Positions 8,262 to 17,261 of a stretch of DNA of 35,185 nucleotides are shown piece by piece. The notes beneath the pieces are model-generated. The model worked only from the letters and a program-made list of their open reading frames with translations. It did not search any database and was not told the origin of the DNA. The DNA is from Acidimicrobiales bacterium (lineage in GTDB: Bacteria > Actinomycetota > Acidimicrobiia > Acidimicrobiales > JAJPHD01): positions 1 through 35,185 of the forward strand of contig JBOGGR010000406.1 in the NCBI GenBank assembly GCA_050744025.1, written 5' to 3'. The translations under genes were made by a program, and so were the position numbers. Each line of letters starts with the position of its first letter. The first letter of the stretch is position 1.

Positions 8262-8865
8262 CTGCGAAGAAGGGCCCTCCCGTGCGTCCAATGAAAGAAG
8301 CGACGGGAGGGCTCTTGCGCGTCCACGTCCTGCACAGCATGACGCGCTCACCGCCGTCCCGCCCGTTGATGCTCTCTCAGCCGGTCCTTGCCCAGCGTGT
8401 CGTCAGCGTCCCCGCGGATGCTCATCCAGCGTGGCGCTCAACAGCGGAGCCTGGCTCCAGGCTGCCAGGCGCCTGCTGGAGAAGGACGCCTACATGCTCT
8501 CCTTCGGCGCACGCAGCGGGGCCAGGCTGCTCGTAGCGGCCAAGGGTGAGGCTAGTCGACGACGGCGGTGGGCCTGTCGGCGCCGCTCAGCCCGGTGGCG
8601 GGCGGCCCGATAGGGGCGGGCCCGGTGGCGGGCGGTAGGACGGCGCGGGCTCCGGCACCGGCCGGACCGCGCTCCACCTCGATCGAGCAGAGACGGGCGT
8701 TCCGAGAGCGGGGCCCGCCGCCTCTCCCGGGGACGACCTCTCCAGGTCGGCTTCGCCGGAGGTCCACGAGGGCGACGGCGCGCCGCCCCCGCCTCGGCGC
8801 CTCATGCCGCTGGCCGAGGCGAAGCTGGGCGGAGGGCTGGGCGGGGAGACCACGCCGCCACGGAT

Positions 8866-9775
8866 GTGGCTGCTGTCAGCCGTGGCCGTCGCCCGGGCCT
8901 GGTGGGGGGCGGGGCCGCCGTGGGCCTGTTCAAGCTCATCGGCCTCATCACCCACTTGACCCTTCTGCACGACGTCGGGTTCAGCCTGCCCACCCTCCGG
9001 CATTACAGCCCGAGCCCGTTCATCATCATGACTGCCGTCATCGGCGGCCTCCTCGTCTCGGCCTTCGCCGTCTGGTCGCAGGTGATCCGGGGACACGGGA
9101 TCCCTGAGTCCCTCGAAGCCATCCTCGTGCGGGAGAGCCGCATCCGGCGCCGTGCCGCCCTCGCAAAGCCGCTGTCGGCTGCCATCACGATCGGCTCGGG
9201 GGACCCTTCGGCGCCGAAGGGCCGATCATCGTCACCGGGGGATCCATCGGTTCGCTGATCGGGCAGTTCCTGCCGACCTCGCCCGCCGAGCGCGGGATCA
9301 TGCTGGCGACCGGGGCGGCGGCCGGGATGGCCGCCACGTTCAACGCCCCTCTGGCGTCGGTGATCCTGGCCGTTGAGCTCGTCCTGTTCGAGCGCTCGTT
9401 GCGCACGGTCGTGCCGTTGTCGATCGCCTGCAGCGTCGCAGCCGGCATCCACATCCTGGCCTTCGGAACCACGCCCCTCTTCGCCATCCACGAGAGTCTC
9501 CAAGTCGGCTTCACCCACCTGCCGCTGCTCGCGGTGGTGGAGCTGGCGGCGGGCGCCATGGCCGTCGTGCTCAACAAGGGCCTGTTCGCAATGGAAGCGG
9601 CCTTCCGGTCCGGCGGCTGCCGGTCAAGGTGTTCTGGTGGCCGGCCCTGGGCGCCGTCGGCCTCGCGGTGATCGGCCTCCTCGTGCCCAGGTCGCTGTCG
9701 ATGGGCTACTCGGCCATCAGCGACACCTTGAACGGGCACTTCGATCTGCGCCTGCGCGACGGGCTCCCTCTGTGA
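8866..9775 (+). pseudogene. ClC-family chloride channel, frameshifted and 3'-truncated
   Basis: Carries the ClC signatures GHGIPESLEAI and KPLSAAITIGSG, then a frame break at the G5 run 9198-9202. The expected GPFGAEGPIIVTGGSIGSLIGQ...GAAAGMAATFNAPLASVILAVEL follows in the next frame. A second break is a 5-bp tandem duplication at 9604-9613. Only about 300 aa are present and the N-terminal start is unclear. Confidence 0.8.
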
Positions 9776-10263
9776 GGCGATGGGGCGCCAGCCGGCCGTC
9801 ATGGCCAAGATGAAGGACCTGCGCTTCGAAGAGCAGCTCGGCGGCGTCGGCGATTCAGCCGCCGGTGGCAGCGCCACCAGACGGCTTCCTCGCACATGAC
9901 GGCCGTCCGCCGGTCCACCGCCTCACCCATCACCGCCTTCAGGGCGTCTTGGAACTCGGGCGTGGCCATGAAGTCGGCATAGCCCCGGAACCAGGGGGTG
10001 GCGCAAGGCTACGTTCGGGGAGTTCCGCCGGGGGCGGCGGAAGCCGCCGAGACGACGCTCCCAGCGGTAGTCGATGCAGGCGGCGGGAAGCCAGACGTCG
10101 AGCTGGTCGCGGGAGAAGTGCGGTGGCGCCGGCTGGCCGGGACGCTGCGCACGTCGACCACCAGCTCCACTCCTGATCCGGCCAGCAGGTCCGCGAGCTC
10201 CTGGCGCTCCATGGTCCCGTGGCCGACCGTGAGTAGGGACGTCCCCGCGCCTGGTTCGTTCAT
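9717..10263 (-). pseudogene. DUF488-family protein, at least 2 frameshifts
   Basis: MNEPGAGTSLLTVGHGTMERQELADLLAGSGVELVVDVRSVPASRRH (ORF 10009-10263). It continues after a break near 10121-10126 as HFSRDQLDVWLPAACIDYRWERRLGGFR...GYADFMATPEFQDALKAVMGEAVDRRTAVMCEEAVWWRCHRRL. After a break near 9853-9858 it continues as IADAAELLFEAQVLHLG... Confidence 0.7.
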
Positions 10264-10270
10264 GGCATGG

Positions 10271-10750
10271 TCAGTGAGAGATTACGACAGCCACGAGCAC
10301 CACGATGGCGACGGTGACCACAGCCATCAGGCTGCGGAGAGAGCTGGCCAACACCCGGCCGCGACGAACGGCCTCGAGGGTTCCGAGAGCGGGACGGGCC
10401 GTGGCCCCGCCCTCGGCCCGCCGTCGCAGGCGGGTGATCGCCCGCGCCTGGGCCATGCCGGCCGCGGTGGCAAGGACCAGGAGACCGGTGAGCGCGGCGG
10501 CGGCGTCGATCGTCCCGGGCCAGGCCGAGGGCGGCCACACCAGGGTGAGCCCGGCCCCGATCGCCACCAGCAACGACCCGCTACCGACGATCGCGTAGCG
10601 CCGGCCGAGAGCGCGGAAGAGCGCAACCTGAGAGGGACCTTCGAGCGCATGGCGGGCAGCGCTGGAGACGACCGTCAGGCAGGCGAGGCTGCCCACCCAG
10701 ACGCACGCCGAGAGGATCTCGATGGTGACGAGAAACGTGGTCGATACCAT
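10271..10750 (-). CDS. Small 4-TM membrane protein (DUF4149-like?), translationally coupled to the upstream membrane-protein gene
   Basis: 159 aa from ATG 10750 (MVSTTFLVTIEILSACVWVGSLACL...). The ATG overlaps the upstream stop (TGATG). Four hydrophobic segments. Confidence 0.55.
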   Translation of the reverse strand: MVSTTFLVTIEILSACVWVGSLACLTVVSSAARHALEGPSQVALFRALGRRYAIVGSGSLLVAIGAGLTLVWPPSAWPGTIDAAAALTGLLVLATAAGMAQARAITRLRRRAEGGATARPALGTLEAVRRGRVLASSLRSLMAVVTVAIVVLVAVVISH

Positions 10751-12164
10751 CACGACGTCCCCCCTGCCCCGAGGGCGGGCCCGCCCGGAGCGGTCGCCAT
10801 GGCACGGGAGCGTACGCGGCGGCGCATGGCGAAGGGGCCGAGGCCGAGGTTGAGAAGGGCCACCCCCGTCAGGGCCAGGCCCACCCCTCCGACGACGACA
10901 AGCGCCTCGATCCCGGCGGCGAGGCCGGCAACGCTCCCGCCTACCCCGACGACGGCGCTGGTGAAGGTCGCCCGGGCCACCCGGGCGTCGTAGAGGTCGG
11001 AGAAGACCAGCGGTCGCCCGGACGGACCGCTGCGTAACCCGCTGCGACGCAGGATGCCCCAGGTGATGAAGGGCACGACCTTGTGCGCATGGCCCACGAA
11101 GGCCAGCGTCACCCAGCCCCCCAGGGCGGCGACCTCGGCCGCCACCAGGTGGGCCCGACCAGGGGGGGTCACCGGGGCCCATGCGGCTGCGGCGGCCAGG
11201 CCCGCTGCGACGACGAGGAGGCAGGCCGAGGTGAGGACGAACCAGTGGAGCAGCTCGAGGGGTCGCCGACGATGCCGGACCAGGCCGGCGAAGGAGGCGA
11301 GGTGGGCACCGAGGCCGGCTGCCACCACCACCGCGCCGGCGGTGGCGAGAGGCCCCAGCCCCGCCACCAGCCCTGCGGCCAGGAGGGCGAGGCCCGCCGG
11401 GACCAGGCGCACGGCCAAGCGCGCCGGGCTGGGCCCTGGGCGATGGGCGAGGAGGAACATTGGCCAGAGCTTCTCGGCGACCGCCACGTACGTGAGCCCG
11501 AGGAAGCCGAGGAGACCGATGTGGGCGTGGGCCAGGACCAGACGGGGGACGAGGCCGAACCAGGTCTCGTGAGCCTCCCGGTCGGCCACGTAGGTGACCC
11601 CGAAGGCCACCACCGCCACCAGGCCGCCATCGACCACCTGAGCCCGGTCACCGGGACCCCCCCGCCTCGTGCCGACAGCGGACCGGACAGGTTCCACACG
11701 ATGAGGGCCACCGAGACGGCGAGCACGGCTCCGGCGGCACCGAGCAGGGCGTCGTCGGACAGGGCGAAGCTGCCCGCCAGCCCCCACGCTCCCAGTGCGA
11801 AGCCGGCGACGCTGAGCCTGGCAGCCGGCACGGAGCGCAGCGCCCGGCGGCTCACGACCGGGGCGAACTGGTGCAGGGCGCCGAGCATCCCGGTGGTGAG
11901 GAAGGCCAGCATCCCGAGGTGGACGACCGAGATGACCGGATCGGCGGTCAGCTCGGCGACGGCGTGCCCGGCCATCGCCACCAGGCCCGCCCCGGTGGCC
12001 ACCAGGCCCAGCCCGGAGAGGCCGAGGAAGGCCAGGGGCACGTCGGCCGGCGGCACCGTCGGCGGCATGCCGTCGGGCCGCCGCGCGGGCGACGAGGTGG
12101 CAACGGGGCCGGCACTCGGGCCCGCCGGCGTCCCTGCGTCTCCTCCTTGCAGCTTCCGCCCCAT
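10750..12164 (-). pseudogene. His-rich polytopic membrane protein (NnrS-like or heme-copper-oxidase-subunit-I-like; not resolved), one frameshift
   Basis: ORF 11169-12164 joins ORF 10750-11787 at the C7 run 11657-11663. It has about 12 hydrophobic segments with recurring TM histidines: HLGMLAFLTTGMLGALHQFAPV, HAHIGLLGFLGLTYVAVAEKLWPMF, FVGHAHKVVPFITW. The start codon lies inside repeat copy 1. Confidence 0.5.
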
Positions 12165-12237
12165 ACTCCTCCTTGCAGCTTCCGCCCCACTCCTCCTTGC
12201 AGCTTCCGCCCCACTCCTCCCTGCAGCTTCCGCCCCA
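12140..12237. repeat. Tandem direct repeat, 4 copies of the 24-bp unit CTCCTCCTTGCAGCTTCCGCCCCA
   Basis: Copies at 12140-12163, 12166-12189, 12190-12213 and 12214-12237. Copy 4 has one T-to-C change. A 2-nt spacer TA follows copy 1. The array sits in the divergent intergenic region. On the minus strand each unit carries AAGGAGGAG plus a GTG or ATG. Confidence 0.9.
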
Positions 12238-12248
12238 TACTTCTAGCC

Positions 12249-12254
12249 TATACT
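12249..12254 (+). promoter_or_regulatory. Putative -10 box TATACT for the hemerythrin-DUF2249 gene
   Basis: AT-rich island CTAGCCTATACTTGAG lies 30 nt upstream of ATG 12285. The same TATACTTGG string occurs at 19620-19628 upstream of the gene starting at 19661. Confidence 0.35.
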
Positions 12255-12284
12255 TGAGTTTGTTCCAAGTCCAAGGAGGAGTCG

Positions 12285-13019
12285 ATGGCCGAGGTGAGTC
12301 ACGCGGGCCCCCGCCCCGCAGGAACCGGCCGCAACGAGGAGGTCCGGGCGGCCATGGTCGCCCACCACGCCGGACTGGTCGCCGGGCTCGAGGAGAGGGT
12401 CCGGACGGCCGAGGGTGCAGTCGACAGCGGGAGACTGGCGGAGGCCGAGCTCGGGGCGGTGGCCGAGTACCTGCAAGGCGAGGTGATCCCCCACGCTGCG
12501 GCTGAGGAGATAGCGCTGTACCCGCTGGCTCGCACGGGCGCCCTGGGCAGCCTCATCCAGGCCATGGTGACCGAGCACGGCTGGCTCGGCGCGGAGGCGG
12601 CTCTCGTCGCCGAGACGCCCGGAGCACGGGGGGCCGGCCGGGCGCGGGCGATCGCTGCTGTCTTCGCGCTGCACGCCGGCAAGGAGAACGACCTGGTACT
12701 CCCTGCCCTCTCCGCCCGTCCGGACGTCGACCTGGCCTCCGTGCTGAACGCCATGAGCGAGTACCTGTCCGGGGCGGCCGGCGGCGGAGAGGAGCCCGAC
12801 GTGCGGGTGCTGCCCCGCGCGTCCCCCCACGACACGATCTTCGCTCGCCTTGGCGACCTCCAGTCCGGCCAGTCCCTCGTCCTCCTGAACGACCACGACC
12901 CCCAGCCCCTTCACTACCAGCTGGATGCGCTGTGGCCCGGGGCCTATGAGTGGTCCTACCTGGCACGAGGGCCTGAGCTGTGGCGGGTCCGCGTCCGCCG
13001 CCAGGAGACAGTGGCGTGA
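12285..13019 (+). CDS. Hemerythrin-like (HHE) domain fused to a C-terminal DUF2249 domain
   Basis: ORF track 244 aa. Preceded by the SD AAGGAGGAG. Hemerythrin-type H/E motifs are IPHAAAEEIALYP, VTEHGWL and ALHAGKENDLVLP. The C-terminus DVRVLPRASPHDTIFARLGDLQSGQSLVLLNDHDPQPLHYQLDALWPGAYEWSYLARGPELWRVRV is DUF2249-like. Confidence 0.7.
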   Translation: MAEVSHAGPRPAGTGRNEEVRAAMVAHHAGLVAGLEERVRTAEGAVDSGRLAEAELGAVAEYLQGEVIPHAAAEEIALYPLARTGALGSLIQAMVTEHGWLGAEAALVAETPGARGAGRARAIAAVFALHAGKENDLVLPALSARPDVDLASVLNAMSEYLSGAAGGGEEPDVRVLPRASPHDTIFARLGDLQSGQSLVLLNDHDPQPLHYQLDALWPGAYEWSYLARGPELWRVRVRRQETVA

Positions 13020-13389
13020 CCGCCGCCGGCAGCCGGTCGGCAGCGGCGGGCGATGCCGACCGGCTCGGGCCTGGGGCGGGGGAAGCGAAGGGCCGAAGTG
13101 GCCTCGTCGCTCATCCGGTCCGGGGTCCAGGGCGGAGCCCAGACCACCTGCTGGTCCACCTCGCCGGCTGGTCCCAAGGCGGCAGCCACGGCCTCGCGGG
13201 CTTCGATCGGGAGGCTCTCGGAGACCGGGCACCGTGACGTGGTGAGGGTCATCCCCACCACCAGGCGGTCTCCTTCCACGCGCAGGCGTAGACCAGCCCG
13301 AGGGAGACCACGTCCAGGCAGAGCTCGGGATCGTAGACGTCACGGAGCGCATCCGTCGCCCGCTCGACGGCGGCCGGCTCGATGGTCAT
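12956..13389 (-). pseudogene. DUF59 / SufT-like (MIP18 family) Fe-S assembly factor, frameshifted; 3' end uncertain
   Basis: ATG 13389 with the SD AAGGAAGG. MTIEPAAVERATDALRDVYDPELCLDVVSLGLVYAC breaks near 13283. It continues in ORF 12956-13279 as EGDRLVVGMTLTTSRCPVSESLP...VVWAPPWTPDRMSDEA. The ORF tail overlaps the convergent gene, so the real stop is probably earlier. Confidence 0.65.
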
Positions 13390-13406
13390 CGCATGCCTTC
13401 CTTTCG

Positions 13407-13722
13407 TCAGCGCACCTGGTCACGGCGCGGCCGGGCGCGGGGTGGATCACCCGCCCCGGGTGAAGCAGACCTGCCAGTCCCCCCGCCGATCTCGGTGGCC
13501 TCGTACGCGAAACCCTGGCCCGACAGCACGCCCTCCAGCGGTGTCGGCTCGAAAGGGGCCTGGACGACGAGGGCCTGGCCGTCCTCGAGCTCGCCGACGG
13601 CTGCCATGATCGTCTCAAAGGGCTGCTCGCCGCCCGCGATCAAGGGACGGAACGTCGAGGACCTTCGGGAACGAGGGCTTCGGTCCCGGGTCGGAGCCGG
13701 TGGGGAGCGCCGTCTCGGTCAC
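13407..13722 (-). pseudogene. Stand-alone DUF2249-domain protein, 2 single-nt frame breaks
   Basis: GTG 13722 gives VTETALPTGSDPGPKPSFPKVLDVPSL, then a break near 13645. It continues as IAGGEQPFETIMAAVGELEDGQALVVQAPFEPTPLEGVLSGQGFAYEATEIGGG, then breaks in the C6 run 13479-13484. It ends DWQVCFTRGG with a stop at 13447. Confidence 0.6.
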
Positions 13723-13729
13723 ACCAGTT

Positions 13730-13741
13730 ATTTTAGCATCA
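13730..13741 (-). promoter_or_regulatory. Extended -10 promoter TGATGCTAAAAT (minus strand), probably giving a leaderless DUF2249-DUF59 transcript
   Basis: The minus strand reads TTGATGCTAAAATAACTGGTGTG. TGC-TAAAAT fits the TGnTAnnnT consensus and ends 7 nt before GTG 13722. The 11-mer TTTTAGCATCA (plus strand, 13731-13741) recurs at 18748-18758. Confidence 0.45.
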
Positions 13742-14425
13742 ACTAGAGATACTAGTGAAGGCCCGCCCCGTGCCGGCCCCGGTCCGCCGCAGCACCAGCC
13801 GGCAGCCGGCCCGACGTGGGTCCATGGCGATGAGGCGAGTCACCTCGACCCCCCCGACGCCCTCGGCCAGGCCCTCGGCCAGCCCCAGGTGCAGCTGGCA
13901 GACGGTGTCGGGGCTGCCCGCCGCCGCCTTCTCGTAGGGGCAGCGACCGAGGACGAACTCCACCCGCCTGCCGCGCTCGACCCTGGCCGGCCGGAAGCCC
14001 CGTACGACCATCTCTGCCTCCAAGGTCGCCACCGGGCCCGCCGAGTGGTCCAGCCGGGCCGCCCGCTCGCGCCCGGCCGCCTGCCCCGTCTCCCGGGTAC
14101 CCCGGTGCTGAGTGAGGGCGCTGGACAGCAGCGAGGCGAGCTCCTCGTAGGGACCCGGCGTCCCCCAAGTCCCGCCCACCTCAGGGTTCAGCCGGTAGAG
14201 GAGTCGGGGCCGTCCCGGCCGGTCGCGCTCCTCCACCTCTTCCACCACTAGGCCGGCGTCACGCAGCACCGCCAGGTGCTGGCGGACCGCGTTGTGGTTG
14301 AGCTGCACATGCGCGGTGAGCTCCGCCACCCCGACGGGGTGCTCGGCCTCCACGATGTACGAGAAGATCCGATGGCGCGTCGGGTCCCCCAGTGCCCGAG
14401 CCTCTCGTTGCACGCTGTCGGCCAT
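13739..14425 (-). CDS. ArsR-type winged-helix regulator with a Cys-containing C-terminal domain (SufR-like)
   Basis: ATG 14425 with the SD GGGAGAGGAG. HTH region is LGDPTRHRIFSYIVEAEHPVGVAELTAHVQLNHNAVRQHLAVLRDAGLV. C-terminus is CPYEKAAAGSPDTVCQLHLGLAEG...AGCRLVL. It lies immediately downstream of sufT. Confidence 0.6.
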   Translation of the reverse strand: MADSVQREARALGDPTRHRIFSYIVEAEHPVGVAELTAHVQLNHNAVRQHLAVLRDAGLVVEEVEERDRPGRPRLLYRLNPEVGGTWGTPGPYEELASLLSSALTQHRGTRETGQAAGRERAARLDHSAGPVATLEAEMVVRGFRPARVERGRRVEFVLGRCPYEKAAAGSPDTVCQLHLGLAEGLAEGVGGVEVTRLIAMDPRRAGCRLVLRRTGAGTGRAFTSISS

Positions 14426-14545
14426 GGCTCCTCTCCCCCAACGGGTCCCCCGCACCGTTGCGGGGAGACTTGAAAGTCGAGTTTACAGCGGAGCAATCGG
14501 GTGCACGGCGCGGGCTGCCGGCCGTCTGTCGTCGCTGGCCGCACC

Positions 14546-15109
14546 TCACCAGAGGCCCAGCTGCAGGCGGGCCTCCTCGGACATCCGGCCCAGATCCCAG
14601 GGCGGGTCCCAGACGAGCTCCACGTCGACCTCGGCCACACCGGGAACGGAGGCGACCCTGCTCCGGGCGTCCTCTCGCAGCACGTCACCCATCCCGCAGC
14701 CCGGAGCCGTCATCGACATCTTGATCTCTACCCGGTGCCCGCCGCCGGGCAGGGGCCGCGTGTCGCATGCGTAGACGAGGCCGAGGTCCACGACGTTGAT
14801 CGGGATCTCGGGGTCGAAGACCGTCCTCAGCTGCTCGATCACTCTCTCGGGGTCGAACGGGGCGTCGTCGGGCCCTTGCTCGCCCTGACGCTCGACGGCC
14901 TCGGTGCCGTCGAGCCCGAGGGCGTGGGCATCATGCCCGTCCACACGGGCCAGGTGGCCGCTGTCGGTCTGGACGGTGAAGCTCCCGCCCAGGGTCTGGA
15001 CGACCACGACCTGCTCGCCACGGCGCAGGACCACCGCCCGACCGCTCGGGATCAGGATCCCCGGGCAGTCCCGGCCGAGCGTGACCGGCTGGTGGGAGTC
15101 GGGGCTCAT
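14546..15109 (-). CDS. sufT: Fe-S cluster assembly protein SufT (long form, N-terminal domain plus DUF59)
   Basis: ATG 15109 overlaps the sufD stop (ATGA). MSPDSHQPVTLGRDCPGILIPSGRAVVLRRGEQVVVVQTLGGSFTV...DAHALG is followed by the DUF59 domain (IEQLRTVFDPEIPINVVDLGLVY...MSMTAPGCGMG...LVWDPPWDLGRMSEEARLQLGLW). Confidence 0.8.
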   Translation of the reverse strand: MSPDSHQPVTLGRDCPGILIPSGRAVVLRRGEQVVVVQTLGGSFTVQTDSGHLARVDGHDAHALGLDGTEAVERQGEQGPDDAPFDPERVIEQLRTVFDPEIPINVVDLGLVYACDTRPLPGGGHRVEIKMSMTAPGCGMGDVLREDARSRVASVPGVAEVDVELVWDPPWDLGRMSEEARLQLGLW

Positions 15110-16484
15110 CGTGGCTCCTCTCCCGGCAGCGGGCGGAGCAGCCCGGCCGGCAGCCCCGTCCGGAGCCCGTCGTGGGCGGCTCCGAGCCGGTTCGCGACGA
15201 GCCGCTCCGCCCGCGCCCGGAGAGGCCCATCCGGCCAGCGCGTCACCATCTCCCGGGCGAAGCCGTTGGTGAGCAGGCCTCTGGCCTCCTCGTGGGGGAT
15301 CCCGCGGGACCTGAGGTAGAACAGGGCCTCCTCGTCCAGGCGTCCCACGGCCGCGCCGTGGGTGCACATGACGTCGTCGGCGAAGATCTCGAGGCGGGGG
15401 CGGGTGTCGACCTCGGCGCGGTCGGAGAGCACCAGGTTCTTGTTCGTCTGGCTGGCGTCGGTGCCGAAGGCCCCGGGGCGCACGACGATGTGGCCGTTGA
15501 ACACCCCGTGGCCGGCGCCGTCGACGACCCCCTTGTACAGCTGGCGGCTCACGCAGCGCGGCGCTGCGTGCTCGACCAGGATCGGGTTGTCGTGATGCTG
15601 GGAGCGGGTCGGCAGGTACAGCCCCTCCAGGTCGACCTCGGCCTCCTCGGCCGGGAGGCGCACGTCCACCTCCTGGCGGGAGATCGCCGAGCCGAGAGTG
15701 AGGGAGCGCGAGGAGAGCCGGCTGGCCCGGCCCAGGCTGGCCTGGAGGGAGGCCAGGTGGAAGGCGCCCTCGGACTCCGCCTGCACCCTGTGGTGCTCGA
15801 CCTGGGCACCCTCGTCGAGGAAGACCTGGGTGACGGCGTTGGTGCAGTAGACGCCGCCGGAGGCTCCGGCGTAGGTCTCGACGACGCTACCCCGGGCGCC
15901 CGCCCCCGCCAGGATGATCGAGCGCGGGCTCGACACCGCCGGGGGGTCGCCGCCGGACGACCAGAAGACGAGCTCGATCGGGCCCGCGAGGACCGTGCCC
16001 GCTCGCAGCCAGATGAACGCCCCGTCCTCGGCGAGCGCGGCGTTGAGAGCTGCGAACGCGTGGCGGTACGAACCGGCACGGGGCGCCCAGAGACGACGGG
16101 GGCGCTCGTCTCCCGCGGCGACGAGCGAGGCCAGGTTGGTGACGGTGGCCCCGTCCGGCAACGCCTCGAGGCGCGAGAGCCCGGGCTCCAGGTGGCCGTC
16201 GACGAAGAGGAGGCGTGCTCCCCCGAGGTCTCCCAGCCCGGCGATCGAGCCCGGCGACACCTCGTGGGCGGCCCCACCCATGGCGGGCTCGAAACCCGCC
16301 TGGAGGATCGGGTCGAGGCGGACGTAGCGCCAGTCCTCGTGCTTGCGGGTCGGGAAGCCGTTCTCGGAGACCCACGCCCACGCCTCGCGCCGAGCCCGGG
16401 CCAGCCAGCCGGGCTCGTCGTGGCCGAGATCGGCACGGGGGGGCCACGTCGCATCGAGCGTTCCGCGCACGCCGGTGGCCACTG

Positions 16485-16488
<4 letters not shown>
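15106..16488 (-). CDS. sufD: Fe-S cluster assembly protein SufD
   Basis: ORF track 460 aa. Its position between sufC and sufT and the C-terminal FYLRSRGIPHEEARGLLTNGF motif are typical of SufD. Its start overlaps the sufC stop. Confidence 0.85.

Positions 16489-17260
<772 letters not shown>

Positions 17261-17261
<1 letters not shown>

Noticed and set aside
8262-8865. ORFs 8249-8536, 8552-8767 and 8568-9107, plus a 15-bp direct repeat (CCCGGTGGCGGGCGG at 8591 and 8621)
   Set aside because: The translations are Pro/Arg/Gly-rich with no motifs. The repeat is GC-rich low complexity. The region may contain the degraded ClC N-terminus or a transposon end, but nothing there can be supported.
12140-12237. 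Possible CRISPR array
   Set aside because: The repeats are directly adjacent with no spacers, there are only 4 copies, and no cas genes are present.
11948-12238. ORF starting MGRKLQGGVGRKLQGGVGRKLQGG (a repeat peptide)
   Set aside because: It is produced by reading through the 24-bp tandem array from copy 4. The 2-nt spacer puts it out of frame with the membrane-protein gene, so it is most likely not a real product.
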